Assembly: GCA_937949745.1 (NCBI GenBank)
Contig: CALECM010000073.1
Coordinates: forward strand, 21,086 to 85,085
Direction: 5' to 3'
DNA: 64,000 nucleotides
Origin: an uncultured Bacteroidales bacterium
Lineage (GTDB): Bacteria; Bacteroidota; Bacteroidia; Bacteroidales; WCHB1-69
Positions 45,140-54,927 of the stretch are shown one piece after another. The position numbers and the translations under genes are program-made. The first letter of the stretch is position 1, and each line of letters opens with the position of its first letter. The notes below the pieces were generated by a model, which did no database searches, was not told the DNA's origin, and saw only the letters and a program-made list of their open reading frames with translations.

Positions 45140-46423
45140 CTATCCCATGAAGTTGTTATTGACTACCTCAATGGCTCCCGATGTTAAAATCTTGATTTTA
45201 ATATCTCTCGGTTGAGCATCCAGTTCGAATATATAAAAATCTTCGGCGGGTGTGTTGTAAAAATCGATATCGTCTATCGGATATATTGCGTATGCGGACG
45301 CATTAAAGGCATTGAGAATATCCTGCGGTAATTGGTGGCGCCTCATTTCGGTTTTCGTGTATTGCCACTGGCCGGTGGTCGAGAAGTGCAGTTCCCTCTC
45401 TGTTGTGCCATCCATGATCTTTACTTCAATTTCGTGGTCTTCCCGCTCGGTCTTGATGATTCTCGCATTCGGATAATTGGCGGAGATGTAGGCGTTGATG
45501 GCTGCGGTAACCGCTTCCGGAATTTGGCCTGAAGATCCGTTGTCATGGTCGTCGTCGCTGATTACATTGATAAGAGTACCGTCAGCGGTGAAATGGAGTT
45601 CAACCTCATTATCGCCTTGTTCCACTTCCAATACATAAACCGTTTCCCTTCCGTTACGTTCGACCATTTCCACGTCTTCAACACGCCATGATGCGTATTC
45701 GCTTGTATTAAAGGCGTTTCTTACTGTCTGCGGCAAGCTGTTATAATGCATGTCAGTTACAGTCATTTGCCACACTTCCGCATTAGAAAAGGTGAGTTCC
45801 AAATGAATGCCGTTATGGATGATATCTACTTCGATGCTGTTATATTCCCGGTCTATTTCGACAATTCTCGCGCCCGGGTAATTTGTGTTAATATAGGCTT
45901 GTATTGTTTCGGAAATTGTGCCCGGAATATAATTCGAAGAATCGTCGTTACCATCAGTATCAGCTTCGGCTTTGATCAGGATTCCTTCTGCTGTATAATA
46001 AAGGTCATATTCCAGATTCCCGTTCTCGACTTCAATTACGTAAATAGTTTCGAGTCCGGTTCGTTCGATCATGTCCACATCTTCCACGCGCCATGAAGCG
46101 TACTCGCCTGCGTTAAAAGCATCTCTCACTGCCTGCGGTATGCTGTTAAATGATACGTCCGTTACGGTCATCTGCCATTGGGCAGCGGCGGTAAACCATG
46201 CTTCGGCTCCCACGTTCATGTCGGTACGGGTAAAATCCGCAACAAAATAATTCCCATTCTTCGCCCAGGTCACACCGGAAGCGTCGGGATATAAAGCTGT
46301 GAATGCGGTTTGCATTTCCTCCGTTACGGTAGTACCTATGTAACCGTCGCCGGTGTTGTCTTTATTGCAACCGGTGAATGCCAGTGCCGCAATCAGGATC
46401 GGTATAAAAAAAATCTTTTTCAT
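45140..46423 (-). CDS. Lipoprotein built from repeated PepSY-like (DUF2874-type) modules
   Basis: 427 aa with lipobox AFTGC. Internal repeats include VTDVSFNSIPQAVRDAFNAGEYASWRVEDVDMIERTGLETIYVIEVENG versus VTDMHYNSLPQTVRNAFNTSEYASWRVEDVEMVERNGRETVYVLEVEQG. Confidence 0.65.
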   Translation of the reverse strand: MKKIFFIPILIAALAFTGCNKDNTGDGYIGTTVTEEMQTAFTALYPDASGVTWAKNGNYFVADFTRTDMNVGAEAWFTAAAQWQMTVTDVSFNSIPQAVRDAFNAGEYASWRVEDVDMIERTGLETIYVIEVENGNLEYDLYYTAEGILIKAEADTDGNDDSSNYIPGTISETIQAYINTNYPGARIVEIDREYNSIEVDIIHNGIHLELTFSNAEVWQMTVTDMHYNSLPQTVRNAFNTSEYASWRVEDVEMVERNGRETVYVLEVEQGDNEVELHFTADGTLINVISDDDHDNGSSGQIPEAVTAAINAYISANYPNARIIKTEREDHEIEVKIMDGTTERELHFSTTGQWQYTKTEMRRHQLPQDILNAFNASAYAIYPIDDIDFYNTPAEDFYIFELDAQPRDIKIKILTSGAIEVVNNNFMG

Positions 46424-46461
46424 ATTGTTTTAATTTTAATAGTTAATATAATACATAGGGC

Positions 46462-46908
46462 TTAGTGCTCATAACCGAGGAAGTTGAAATTAAGGTCGAA
46501 TTTGATTTCAAGACCATTTCCGAGTTCGATCTCATAATCACGCCTGCCCTTGTCAATTTTGGTTACGATCTGTCCGCTGTAATTCTGTTTTACATAATTC
46601 TCTATCTTTTCCGGTATAATACCTGCGGGAACCGCGTTGTGCCTGCAGTCCACTTCTTTCCAGGAACCGTCCGGACCGAATTCAATCTGAGTTCCGCCCA
46701 TAAGGTTCACTTCATAAGATTTACCGAAATAACCGTCATCATCGACAGTGGCGTATGAAACTTCCACACCTTTGAAATAGGTATTGAGAAATTCGCGGGA
46801 AGCAGCCGGAAGCTGGTCTACGGTTATAGGTCTGTCATCTTGGGCCTTTGCGGTAAAGACTGTTGCCGAAGCGATAATTGCCAGCAAAAACATTTTAATT
46901 TTTATCAT
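46462..46908 (-). CDS. PepSY-like (DUF2874-type) domain protein, secreted
   Basis: 148 aa with a signal peptide and two PepSY-like half-repeats (LPAASREFLNTYF...YEVNL; IPEKIENYVKQNY...YEIEL). Minus-strand TAnnTTTG box at 46949-46956. Confidence 0.65.
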   Translation of the reverse strand: MIKIKMFLLAIIASATVFTAKAQDDRPITVDQLPAASREFLNTYFKGVEVSYATVDDDGYFGKSYEVNLMGGTQIEFGPDGSWKEVDCRHNAVPAGIIPEKIENYVKQNYSGQIVTKIDKGRRDYEIELGNGLEIKFDLNFNFLGYEH

Positions 46909-47304
46909 TATTTATTTAATTTTACTTTATTAATTAATTTTTATTGTACAAAACTATATATTAATTCTGTAAACAAGTGGGAATTTCATATTTATTTTAT
47001 CTTGCTCATTCCTTTTCAATATTCACTTGGATAATAAGTCAATAATTCAGACATCATAGAATATTGATCTCTTAAGTTGACAAGACGAAGCCATTTTCCT
47101 TCATAATTCTATTCTGAAGTATTGATAATACGATCACCAGGATTCTTGGGAATATTTATTTGAGTTAAACTTAAGATCATTCACCGGGAAAATGCCTGCC
47201 CCGGAGAAACGTCATGGTGTGTTTGATACAAAATATGAATAGGGCAGCTTACTGTAAAATCGTATTTAGCTATGAATGATTATAGAAAAGTGGGAGTGTA
47301 TATA

Positions 47305-47340
47305 AAAAAACGCTGACCCCTAAAGTAGGTCAGCGTTTTT
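47305..47340 (-). terminator. Bidirectional intrinsic terminator just downstream of tRNA-Leu
   Basis: A 9-bp perfect stem ACGCTGACC (47310-47318) / GGTCAGCGT (47328-47336) with a 9-nt loop. A 7-A run lies on one side and a 5-T run on the other, so it reads as hairpin plus U-tract on both strands. Confidence 0.8.
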
Positions 47341-47345
47341 CGTTG

Positions 47346-47427
47346 TACCCGGAACAAGACTCGAACTTGCACATCCTGAGGACACTACAACCTGAATGTA
47401 GCGCGTCTACCATTCCGCCATCCGGGT
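47346..47427 (-). tRNA. tRNA-Leu (anticodon CAG)
   Basis: The reverse complement reads ACCCGGATGGCGGAATGGTAGACGCGCTACATTCAGGTTGTAGTGTCCTCAGGATGTGCAAGTTCGAGTCTTGTTCCGGGTA. Acceptor stem ACCCGGA/TCCGGGT; anticodon stem CTACA/TGTAG with loop TTCAGGT (CAG). A long variable arm and a GTTCGAGTC T-loop are present, and CCA is not encoded. Confidence 0.9.
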
Positions 47428-47620
47428 TTGAAACAGGCGGCAAAGATAATCAAAATATTTCAATTACTACAAATAAAATACCGTAATTTTTGTTTTACTT
47501 AAAGTGACATCGGTTTGTGAAGAAATCTGTTCAAAATAAGGATTAATCCACTATACGGAACTCCATATTAAGTCCGGAAATGGCAAAAAAGTTGTATTTT
47601 TGGATTCTAAAAAAGATCAG

Positions 47621-48715
47621 ATGAAAATTAAAGAAGTCCTGGCACGGCTGGAGAAAAGATTTCCCCTTTATTTACAGGAAGAATATGATAATTGCGGTGT
47701 TCAATGCGGGAATAAAGAACAGGAAGTTACCGGCGTAATGGTCTGTTTCGATCCGTCCCTTGAAATACTCGAGGAAGCGAAATCCCTGAATGCGAATCTT
47801 ATTATTTCTCATCATCCTTTGTTGAGGGCGGGAATTAAAAAAATAGAGCCTGTGGATCGCCCCGGCAGAATTATTTGTAAAGCTATCGAAAATAAAATGG
47901 TGGTATACGCCATGCATACTAATATTGATAGTGCCGTTGGCGGCGGGAATGATGTGTTCGCTGCCAAACTGGGCCTCAAAGAATGTTCTGTTCTGTCGCC
48001 CAAAGAATCGCTATACCGGAAGATTGTTTTTTTTGTTCCGCCGCAGGATTCCGGAAAAGTGAAAGATGCGCTTTTTTCAGTAGGTTGCGGCATCATGGGT
48101 AAATATGAAAATTGCAGTTATTCAGTTGAAGGATCGGGTAGTTTTAAACCTTTACCGGACGCGCGGCCTTATATAGGACAGCCGTTGCAGATCGAAGAAG
48201 TGGAAGAGGAGAGGGTGGAAATGATCTTTCCCGCGGCTATCCAACGTATTGTGGTTGAAACATTGTACCGGAATCATCCGTATGAAGAACCGGCTTTCGA
48301 TATTTTGAAACTGGAAAATAAAAGCCGGGAAGTGGGATTGGGGCGTATCGGACGGTTGCCGGTTCCGATGGAGCAGGCTGATTTCTTTAAATATGTGAAA
48401 GATAAAATGGAAGTGAACCATATCCGTTATTCCGGAACGTTGAATCGTAGAATCGACAAAGTAGCCGTATGCGGTGGGGGAGGTAGTTCCCTGATACACG
48501 CGGCGATGGCCGGAGGTGCGGATGCCTATGTAACCGGGGATATTAAGTATCATGACTTTTTAATTCCTGAAAATCAAATGATTATAGCGGATATTGGGCA
48601 CTATGAAGGGGAGCATTATATTAGGGAAATTATTTATAAGGAAGTAAAGGAAAATTTTAGTAATTTTGCAGTTTCACTTTCTAAAGTGGAAAAATTAGGG
48701 ATTTATTCTATATAA
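47621..48715 (+). CDS. Nif3-like dinuclear metal centre protein (YbgI/GTP cyclohydrolase 1 type 2 family)
   Basis: MKIKEVLARLEKRFP...NCGVQCG...LIISHHPLL...HTNIDS. ATG at 47621; the track start 47600 is the TTG inside the TAnnTTTG box at 47595-47602. Confidence 0.85.
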   Translation: MKIKEVLARLEKRFPLYLQEEYDNCGVQCGNKEQEVTGVMVCFDPSLEILEEAKSLNANLIISHHPLLRAGIKKIEPVDRPGRIICKAIENKMVVYAMHTNIDSAVGGGNDVFAAKLGLKECSVLSPKESLYRKIVFFVPPQDSGKVKDALFSVGCGIMGKYENCSYSVEGSGSFKPLPDARPYIGQPLQIEEVEEERVEMIFPAAIQRIVVETLYRNHPYEEPAFDILKLENKSREVGLGRIGRLPVPMEQADFFKYVKDKMEVNHIRYSGTLNRRIDKVAVCGGGGSSLIHAAMAGGADAYVTGDIKYHDFLIPENQMIIADIGHYEGEHYIREIIYKEVKENFSNFAVSLSKVEKLGIYSI

Positions 48716-48745
48716 AATTGATTATCTGGTCTTTAAAATAATATT

Positions 48746-49651
48746 ATGGCAAAGAAAAAAGAAGTGGAAAATGCAGTTTCTTCACAATTGGATCAGGAGA
48801 ATACTGTAACGAATCCGGAAAACGGATCCGGAAATATATCGGAGAGTACGGAAACAGATACGATCCTGCAGGCCGGAGAGGAATTTAATGAGGAAACGCC
48901 GATCTCTCAAAAACTCCTTTCATTATATAATCTACAACAAATCTGGTCTAAAATTGACAGGATCAGGGTGATCCGGGGTGAATTACCTGATGAGGTAAGG
49001 GACCTGGAAGACGCGTTGGAAGGCATGAAAACCCGTATCGCGAAATATACGGACGACATCAGTGAACTGGAAGAGAATATTACGGCGGAAGACAATAAAG
49101 TAAAGGATTCCCAGACCCTGATCAAAAGATACGAAGAGCAGCAGAATAATGTAAGAAACAACAGGGAGTACGAATCCTTAACGAAAGAGATCGAATACCA
49201 GAAACTGGAGATACAGGTGTCGGAAAAACGGAAAGGTAAATTTCAGGCGGAAATTACCACTAAGAAAGATGATATCGTAGAATTTGAAAACAAATTGAAC
49301 GAGATCAGTGATATTCTGCAACAAAAGAAAGATGAGCTGGAAGATATTATTTCCGATACTGAAAAAGAAGAGAAAGAATTGATCGAACAGGCAGCCGTGC
49401 TGGAGTCCAAAGTGGAAGACAGGCTTTTGAGCGCTTTTGAAAGGATCCGGAAAAATGCCCGTAACGGTTTGGCTATCGTGCAAATCGACAGGGACGCATG
49501 CGGCGGTTGTTTCAGCATGATCCCTCCACAGCGCCAACTGGATATCCGTCTACACAAAAAAATTATCGTGTGTGAAGCCTGCGGCCGTATTTTCATTGAT
49601 AAACAGCTCGTGGAAAGCGAAGAGGGGGAATCGCAGAATATTGAATCTTAA
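48746..49651 (+). CDS. Coiled-coil protein with C-terminal C4 zinc ribbon (COG1579-type, usual Nif3 neighbour)
   Basis: 301 aa with a long heptad-rich middle and C-terminal CGGCFSMIPPQ...VCEACGRIF. Confidence 0.7.
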   Translation: MAKKKEVENAVSSQLDQENTVTNPENGSGNISESTETDTILQAGEEFNEETPISQKLLSLYNLQQIWSKIDRIRVIRGELPDEVRDLEDALEGMKTRIAKYTDDISELEENITAEDNKVKDSQTLIKRYEEQQNNVRNNREYESLTKEIEYQKLEIQVSEKRKGKFQAEITTKKDDIVEFENKLNEISDILQQKKDELEDIISDTEKEEKELIEQAAVLESKVEDRLLSAFERIRKNARNGLAIVQIDRDACGGCFSMIPPQRQLDIRLHKKIIVCEACGRIFIDKQLVESEEGESQNIES

Positions 49652-49662
49652 GTAAGGTACTT

Positions 49663-50457
49663 ATGGATCTTACCTGGATTCATGCCTTAATGCTCATTAT
49701 ATCCGGACTTTTTGTCGGATTTATAAATACACTTGCGGGAGGTGGTACGATCATCTCCCTTTCTGTTTTTATGTTTTTCGGATTACCGCCCGTCGTAGCC
49801 AACGGGACTAACAGAGTTGCCGTTCTTTTGCAGAATATGACCGCCGTCATCAATTTCTCCCGGAAGAAAATGATCGACTGGAATAAGGCGTTAAGGCTTG
49901 CCATTCCCATTATTCCGGGTGCGGTACTCGGTGCTTTCCTGGCTAATCTGATTTCCAATACTTATTTCAATTACATCTTTGGGATCGTCGTAATCGTATT
50001 CGCGATTCTATTATTGGTAAAGCCTGATAAATGGCTGAAAGAACAGGAGAACCTGATACGGAAACCGCTTCGTTTCTGGCATTATATGATTTTTTTCCTG
50101 ATCGGGATTTACGGGGGATTTATTCATGTTGCCGTAGGATATATGATCCTGTTCGCCCTGATAATCGGGACCGGAAATGAATTGCTTAAAGCTAATGCCA
50201 TCAAAAATTTCCTGGTATTGGTTTATATTCCTTTTTCACTGGCCGTTTTCGCTTTTGAAGGAAATGTGAACTGGACTTACGGGTTAATTCATGCTATCGG
50301 TAATATTATCGGCGCACAGGTCGGAGCTCTGATCGCCATTAAAAAAGGTGCACCGTTTATCAGGTATATAATGCTTATATTGTTGGTTGTTGTTATTTTA
50401 CAACTTTTCGATGTACTTGATCCGGAGGCTATAGCAGTTTGGTTGCGTAATAAATAA
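49663..50457 (+). CDS. TauE/SafE (TSUP) family anion exporter
   Basis: 264 aa, polytopic, with the LAGGGTIISL...ANGTNRV motif. Confidence 0.8.
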   Translation: MDLTWIHALMLIISGLFVGFINTLAGGGTIISLSVFMFFGLPPVVANGTNRVAVLLQNMTAVINFSRKKMIDWNKALRLAIPIIPGAVLGAFLANLISNTYFNYIFGIVVIVFAILLLVKPDKWLKEQENLIRKPLRFWHYMIFFLIGIYGGFIHVAVGYMILFALIIGTGNELLKANAIKNFLVLVYIPFSLAVFAFEGNVNWTYGLIHAIGNIIGAQVGALIAIKKGAPFIRYIMLILLVVVILQLFDVLDPEAIAVWLRNK

Positions 50458-50549
50458 TTATAAGTATATTTGCTTTATTTCTCTCATGGAAATCAACCAA
50501 GAGATGTTGTGTTTGTTAATGTAATATTAATAATATTAAATTTTACAAC

Positions 50550-51110
50550 GTGAAAAAGATAATTTTTTTCGTGGTTATAGCCCTAGCAATAACAGGTTGC
50601 AGCGCTTTCCGGAGTGTGGACATTAGCCAGGTTACAACCGGTATGACCAAAGCTCAGGTAAGAAATATACTGGGCGCTCCGGATCGTGTATTGTCTACTG
50701 CGCAAACAGAAAATGGATTCCAGGAAGTGTTACAATACCGGACTTCCGGAGGGGATGTGTACGCCATTCAATTTGTGAACGATTACCTGACGGGATATGA
50801 ATTTCTTTATGAAGATGTGATGTATGTCGCTCCTCCGCCTCCAGTCATACTTCCTCCGCCGGGCCGTCCGATATATCCTCCTTCCCGTCCGCCGCACCGG
50901 CCCGATCCGCCGGAACAACCCCAGGAACCGACACCTCCGGAAAGACCGGGACGTCCGCCGGGTTATCCCGACGGTCCCTCTACCCAGCCCAGTCCGTCTT
51001 CCCGGCCGGATAATAAGCCTGATCTGACCAAGCCCGCTGATGACCGCAATTCTTCGAGACCTGCTACCAGACCGGTGAATACCAAGGAACCCAGAAATAC
51101 TAAGAGATAA
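50550..51110 (+). CDS. Lipoprotein with BamE/SmpA_OmlA-like domain and Pro-rich C-terminal tail (GTG start)
   Basis: GTG start followed by KKIIFFVVIALAITGC lipobox, then GMTKAQVRNILGAPDRV. The last ~95 aa are P/R/S/T-rich. Confidence 0.6.
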   Translation: MKKIIFFVVIALAITGCSAFRSVDISQVTTGMTKAQVRNILGAPDRVLSTAQTENGFQEVLQYRTSGGDVYAIQFVNDYLTGYEFLYEDVMYVAPPPPVILPPPGRPIYPPSRPPHRPDPPEQPQEPTPPERPGRPPGYPDGPSTQPSPSSRPDNKPDLTKPADDRNSSRPATRPVNTKEPRNTKR

Positions 51111-51358
51111 TACCGGTTTCCGCGGCCGTTGAAGAACATGCTTTTGCAGATATTTTATCGACCAAAAACTAATGCGGCTGTTTTACCCGTTAACGGAACC
51201 CGTCGAAGTCATCGGGTACAGAACCTTTTTATGGTTCACCCCTGATGCTTAGCTATTGAAGAAGGAACCCATAATAGGCTGTGAATTCATATTATATGAG
51301 TTTTACTTACCTGTATCAGTTTATTTTTTAAATACAAACTTTACCTCATAATATTTGT

Positions 51359-51366
51359 TACATTTG
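51359..51366 (+). promoter_or_regulatory. TAnnTTTG -7 box for gap
   Basis: tacatttg lies 44 nt upstream of the gap ATG. Confidence 0.5.
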
Positions 51367-51389
51367 CAGAGTCATATTTAATATTTTAA

Positions 51390-52409
<1,020 letters not shown>

Positions 52410-52419
52410 TCGTTTTACC

Positions 52420-54927
52420 ATGGAGCGTAAAACCTTTTTTGTTGATGTTCTTTTGCCCTTACCGCTTTCCGGTTTATTTACATACAGGATACCCCATGAT
52501 TATCCGAAGACACTTGATTTCGGAATAAGGGTAATCGTGCCTTTCGGAAGAAGTAAGTTGTATTCCGGCATCATCATCAAGGTTCATCATGACGTTCCTG
52601 CGCAGCTTACCACCAAATATATCATCGATACGATCGATGAGACTCCTGTCATTACTCCAAAACAATACCGGTTTTGGCAATGGCTTTCGGAATATTATAT
52701 GTGCACATTGGGTGAGGTAATGAATGTGTCGCTGCCGTCGGCTTTAAAGATCGCCAGTGAAACCAAAATCATTCTTCATCCTGAATATAACGGCGATCTC
52801 ACCTCACTCAATGAGAAGGAGATCGCCATTATCGAATCTCTTTCTACCCGGCATACCATGACCGTGGAAGAAGTATCCGGGACCGTATCCATTAAAAAAG
52901 TTATTCCGGTCATCAAAACATTGGTGGAAAAAGGAATTATCCTTACGGATGAAGAGATTCGTGATCCGTATAAATCCAAATCGGAAACTTATATCTCCCT
53001 GGCTGATCCCTATACACGGCAGGAGGATTTTTACGAGTTGATCGGTTCCCTCGAAAAATCCAAAAGAAATGCCGGTCAGGTGGATCTTCTCATCTCTTTT
53101 TTTATGCAGTTACAGGAAAAAACTTCTCATGACCGGCCGGACCTGACGACCCCGATATCCAAAAAAGATTTCCTGCATAAGAGTAATTTTTCCCCTTCCC
53201 GGTTAAATAGTCTGGTAGAAAAAGGTATACTTGAAATCAAGGAAGTGAAGGTGAGCCGCCTTGCTGAATATGGGGCGGAAGTATCTGCCGAAAGTATCCG
53301 TCTTTCTCCTCCCCAGGAAAAGGCGATGGATTCTGTAAAAGAACAGTGGAAGGATTTTCCGGCCGTATTATTACACGGAGTTACCGGAAGCGGAAAAACG
53401 GAGATCTATATTAAATTGATTGACCAGGTGATTTCGGAAGGTAAACAGGTATTGTACCTGTTGCCGGAAATAGCCCTTACTTCCCAGATCGTCAACCGGC
53501 TCCGGAAGTATTTTGGCGACAGGGTAGGAGTCTACCATTCCCGGTTTAACGAATATGAGCGGGTGGAGATATGGAACAGGGTGCTTCATCATGAACCCGG
53601 TAAGGAGGGTAAATACCAGCTTATTCTGGGTGCACGTTCCGCCCTGCTACTACCTTATCAAGACCTGGGACTTATCATTGTGGATGAAGAGCATGATCCT
53701 TCCTATAAGCAATATGATCCGGCGCCACGCTATCATGCCAGGGACGGAGCGTTGGTATTGAGCCGGATCCATCAGGGTTACACGTTATTGGGAACCGCCA
53801 CTCCTTCATTGGAAAGTTACTATAATGCACTGCATCATAAATATGGCTATGTCGAATTAAAGGAAAGATACGCGGAAAGCCGTCTTCCCGAGGTTTGGGT
53901 GGTCGATATGGTGGAAAGCCTGCGCCAAAAGAAAATGACGGGCCATTTTTCACAATTCCTGCTCGACCATATCGGGGAAGCTCTCCGTAAAGATGAACAG
54001 GTGATTCTTTTCCAGAATAGACGCGGTTTCTCATTACGGCTTTTTTGCAATACGTGCCAGTCGATGCCTATGTGCCGGCATTGCGATGTGACCTTAACGT
54101 ATCACAAAAAAAGTAATGTATTGAAATGCCACTACTGCGGTTATGCGATCGAAGTTCCCGATCAATGTCCGGAGTGTGGAAGTAAGGATATTGAAATGAA
54201 AGGTTTCGGGACCGAGAAAGTGGAAGAGTCTTTACAGGAAGTATTCCCCGGCGCTAAGATTGCCCGGATGGATCTCGATACGACCCGTTCCAAATCTTCT
54301 TACCAAAGGATTATTCAGGATTTTGAGCATCATAAGACCGATATACTGGTAGGCACTCAAATGGTAACCAAAGGTCTGGATTTTGACAGGGTCAGTGTTG
54401 TGGGAATACTAAATGCCGACAATCTTATTTCTTACCCGGATTTCCGTTCTTTTGAAAGGGCTTTCCAGGTAATGGCGCAGGTGAGCGGCCGTGCCGGAAG
54501 AAAAGATATCCCCGGCAAAGTGATCATCCAAAGTTATAATCCTTCCCATCCCGCGCTACAGTATGTAGTTGCCAATGATTATGAGGCGATGTACCGGAAT
54601 CAGATCGCCGAGCGGAAACAATTTCATTATCCGCCTTATTGCCGTCTTATCAAACTCACTTTAAAACACAAGGATGAAGTTTTCCTGAACGAAGCTGCCC
54701 GGGTTCTGGCTGAAACCCTGTACCGTTCATTCCCGTCCAGGGTATTAGGTCCGGAATATCCTCTTGTATCACGAATCCAAAATCTTTATCTGAAAGATAT
54801 CTGGATAAAACTGGATAAAAATGAAACTTTGGAAAGCCGGAAGCTTGTGCTGAAAGATATTATTACTGATTTTCAGTCTGATAAAAAATATAGGTCAGTC
54901 AGGGTCGTCATTAATGTGGACGCCTGA
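52420..54927 (+). CDS. priA: Primosomal protein N' (replication restart helicase PriA)
   Basis: MERKTFFVDVLLPLPL start, Walker A GVTGSGKTE, DEEHD and the Cys-rich zinc region CNTCQSMPMCRHCDVTLTYH...CHYCG...CPECG. ATG at 52420; the track start 52390 is a TTG overlapping gap. Confidence 0.9.
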   Translation: MERKTFFVDVLLPLPLSGLFTYRIPHDYPKTLDFGIRVIVPFGRSKLYSGIIIKVHHDVPAQLTTKYIIDTIDETPVITPKQYRFWQWLSEYYMCTLGEVMNVSLPSALKIASETKIILHPEYNGDLTSLNEKEIAIIESLSTRHTMTVEEVSGTVSIKKVIPVIKTLVEKGIILTDEEIRDPYKSKSETYISLADPYTRQEDFYELIGSLEKSKRNAGQVDLLISFFMQLQEKTSHDRPDLTTPISKKDFLHKSNFSPSRLNSLVEKGILEIKEVKVSRLAEYGAEVSAESIRLSPPQEKAMDSVKEQWKDFPAVLLHGVTGSGKTEIYIKLIDQVISEGKQVLYLLPEIALTSQIVNRLRKYFGDRVGVYHSRFNEYERVEIWNRVLHHEPGKEGKYQLILGARSALLLPYQDLGLIIVDEEHDPSYKQYDPAPRYHARDGALVLSRIHQGYTLLGTATPSLESYYNALHHKYGYVELKERYAESRLPEVWVVDMVESLRQKKMTGHFSQFLLDHIGEALRKDEQVILFQNRRGFSLRLFCNTCQSMPMCRHCDVTLTYHKKSNVLKCHYCGYAIEVPDQCPECGSKDIEMKGFGTEKVEESLQEVFPGAKIARMDLDTTRSKSSYQRIIQDFEHHKTDILVGTQMVTKGLDFDRVSVVGILNADNLISYPDFRSFERAFQVMAQVSGRAGRKDIPGKVIIQSYNPSHPALQYVVANDYEAMYRNQIAERKQFHYPPYCRLIKLTLKHKDEVFLNEAARVLAETLYRSFPSRVLGPEYPLVSRIQNLYLKDIWIKLDKNETLESRKLVLKDIITDFQSDKKYRSVRVVINVDA

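Noticed and set aside
47087-47122. E. coli-like TTGACA ... CATAAT promoter
   Set aside because: The spacing is 19 nt. The housekeeping promoters evident throughout this window use the Bacteroidota TAnnTTTG box instead, so there is no reason to expect sigma-70-type -35/-10 recognition.
46909-47427. tRNA-Leu as an integration site for a mobile element or prophage remnant
   Set aside because: There is no integrase, excisionase, phage or conjugation gene on either side. I saw no duplicated copy of the tRNA 3' half elsewhere in the window.
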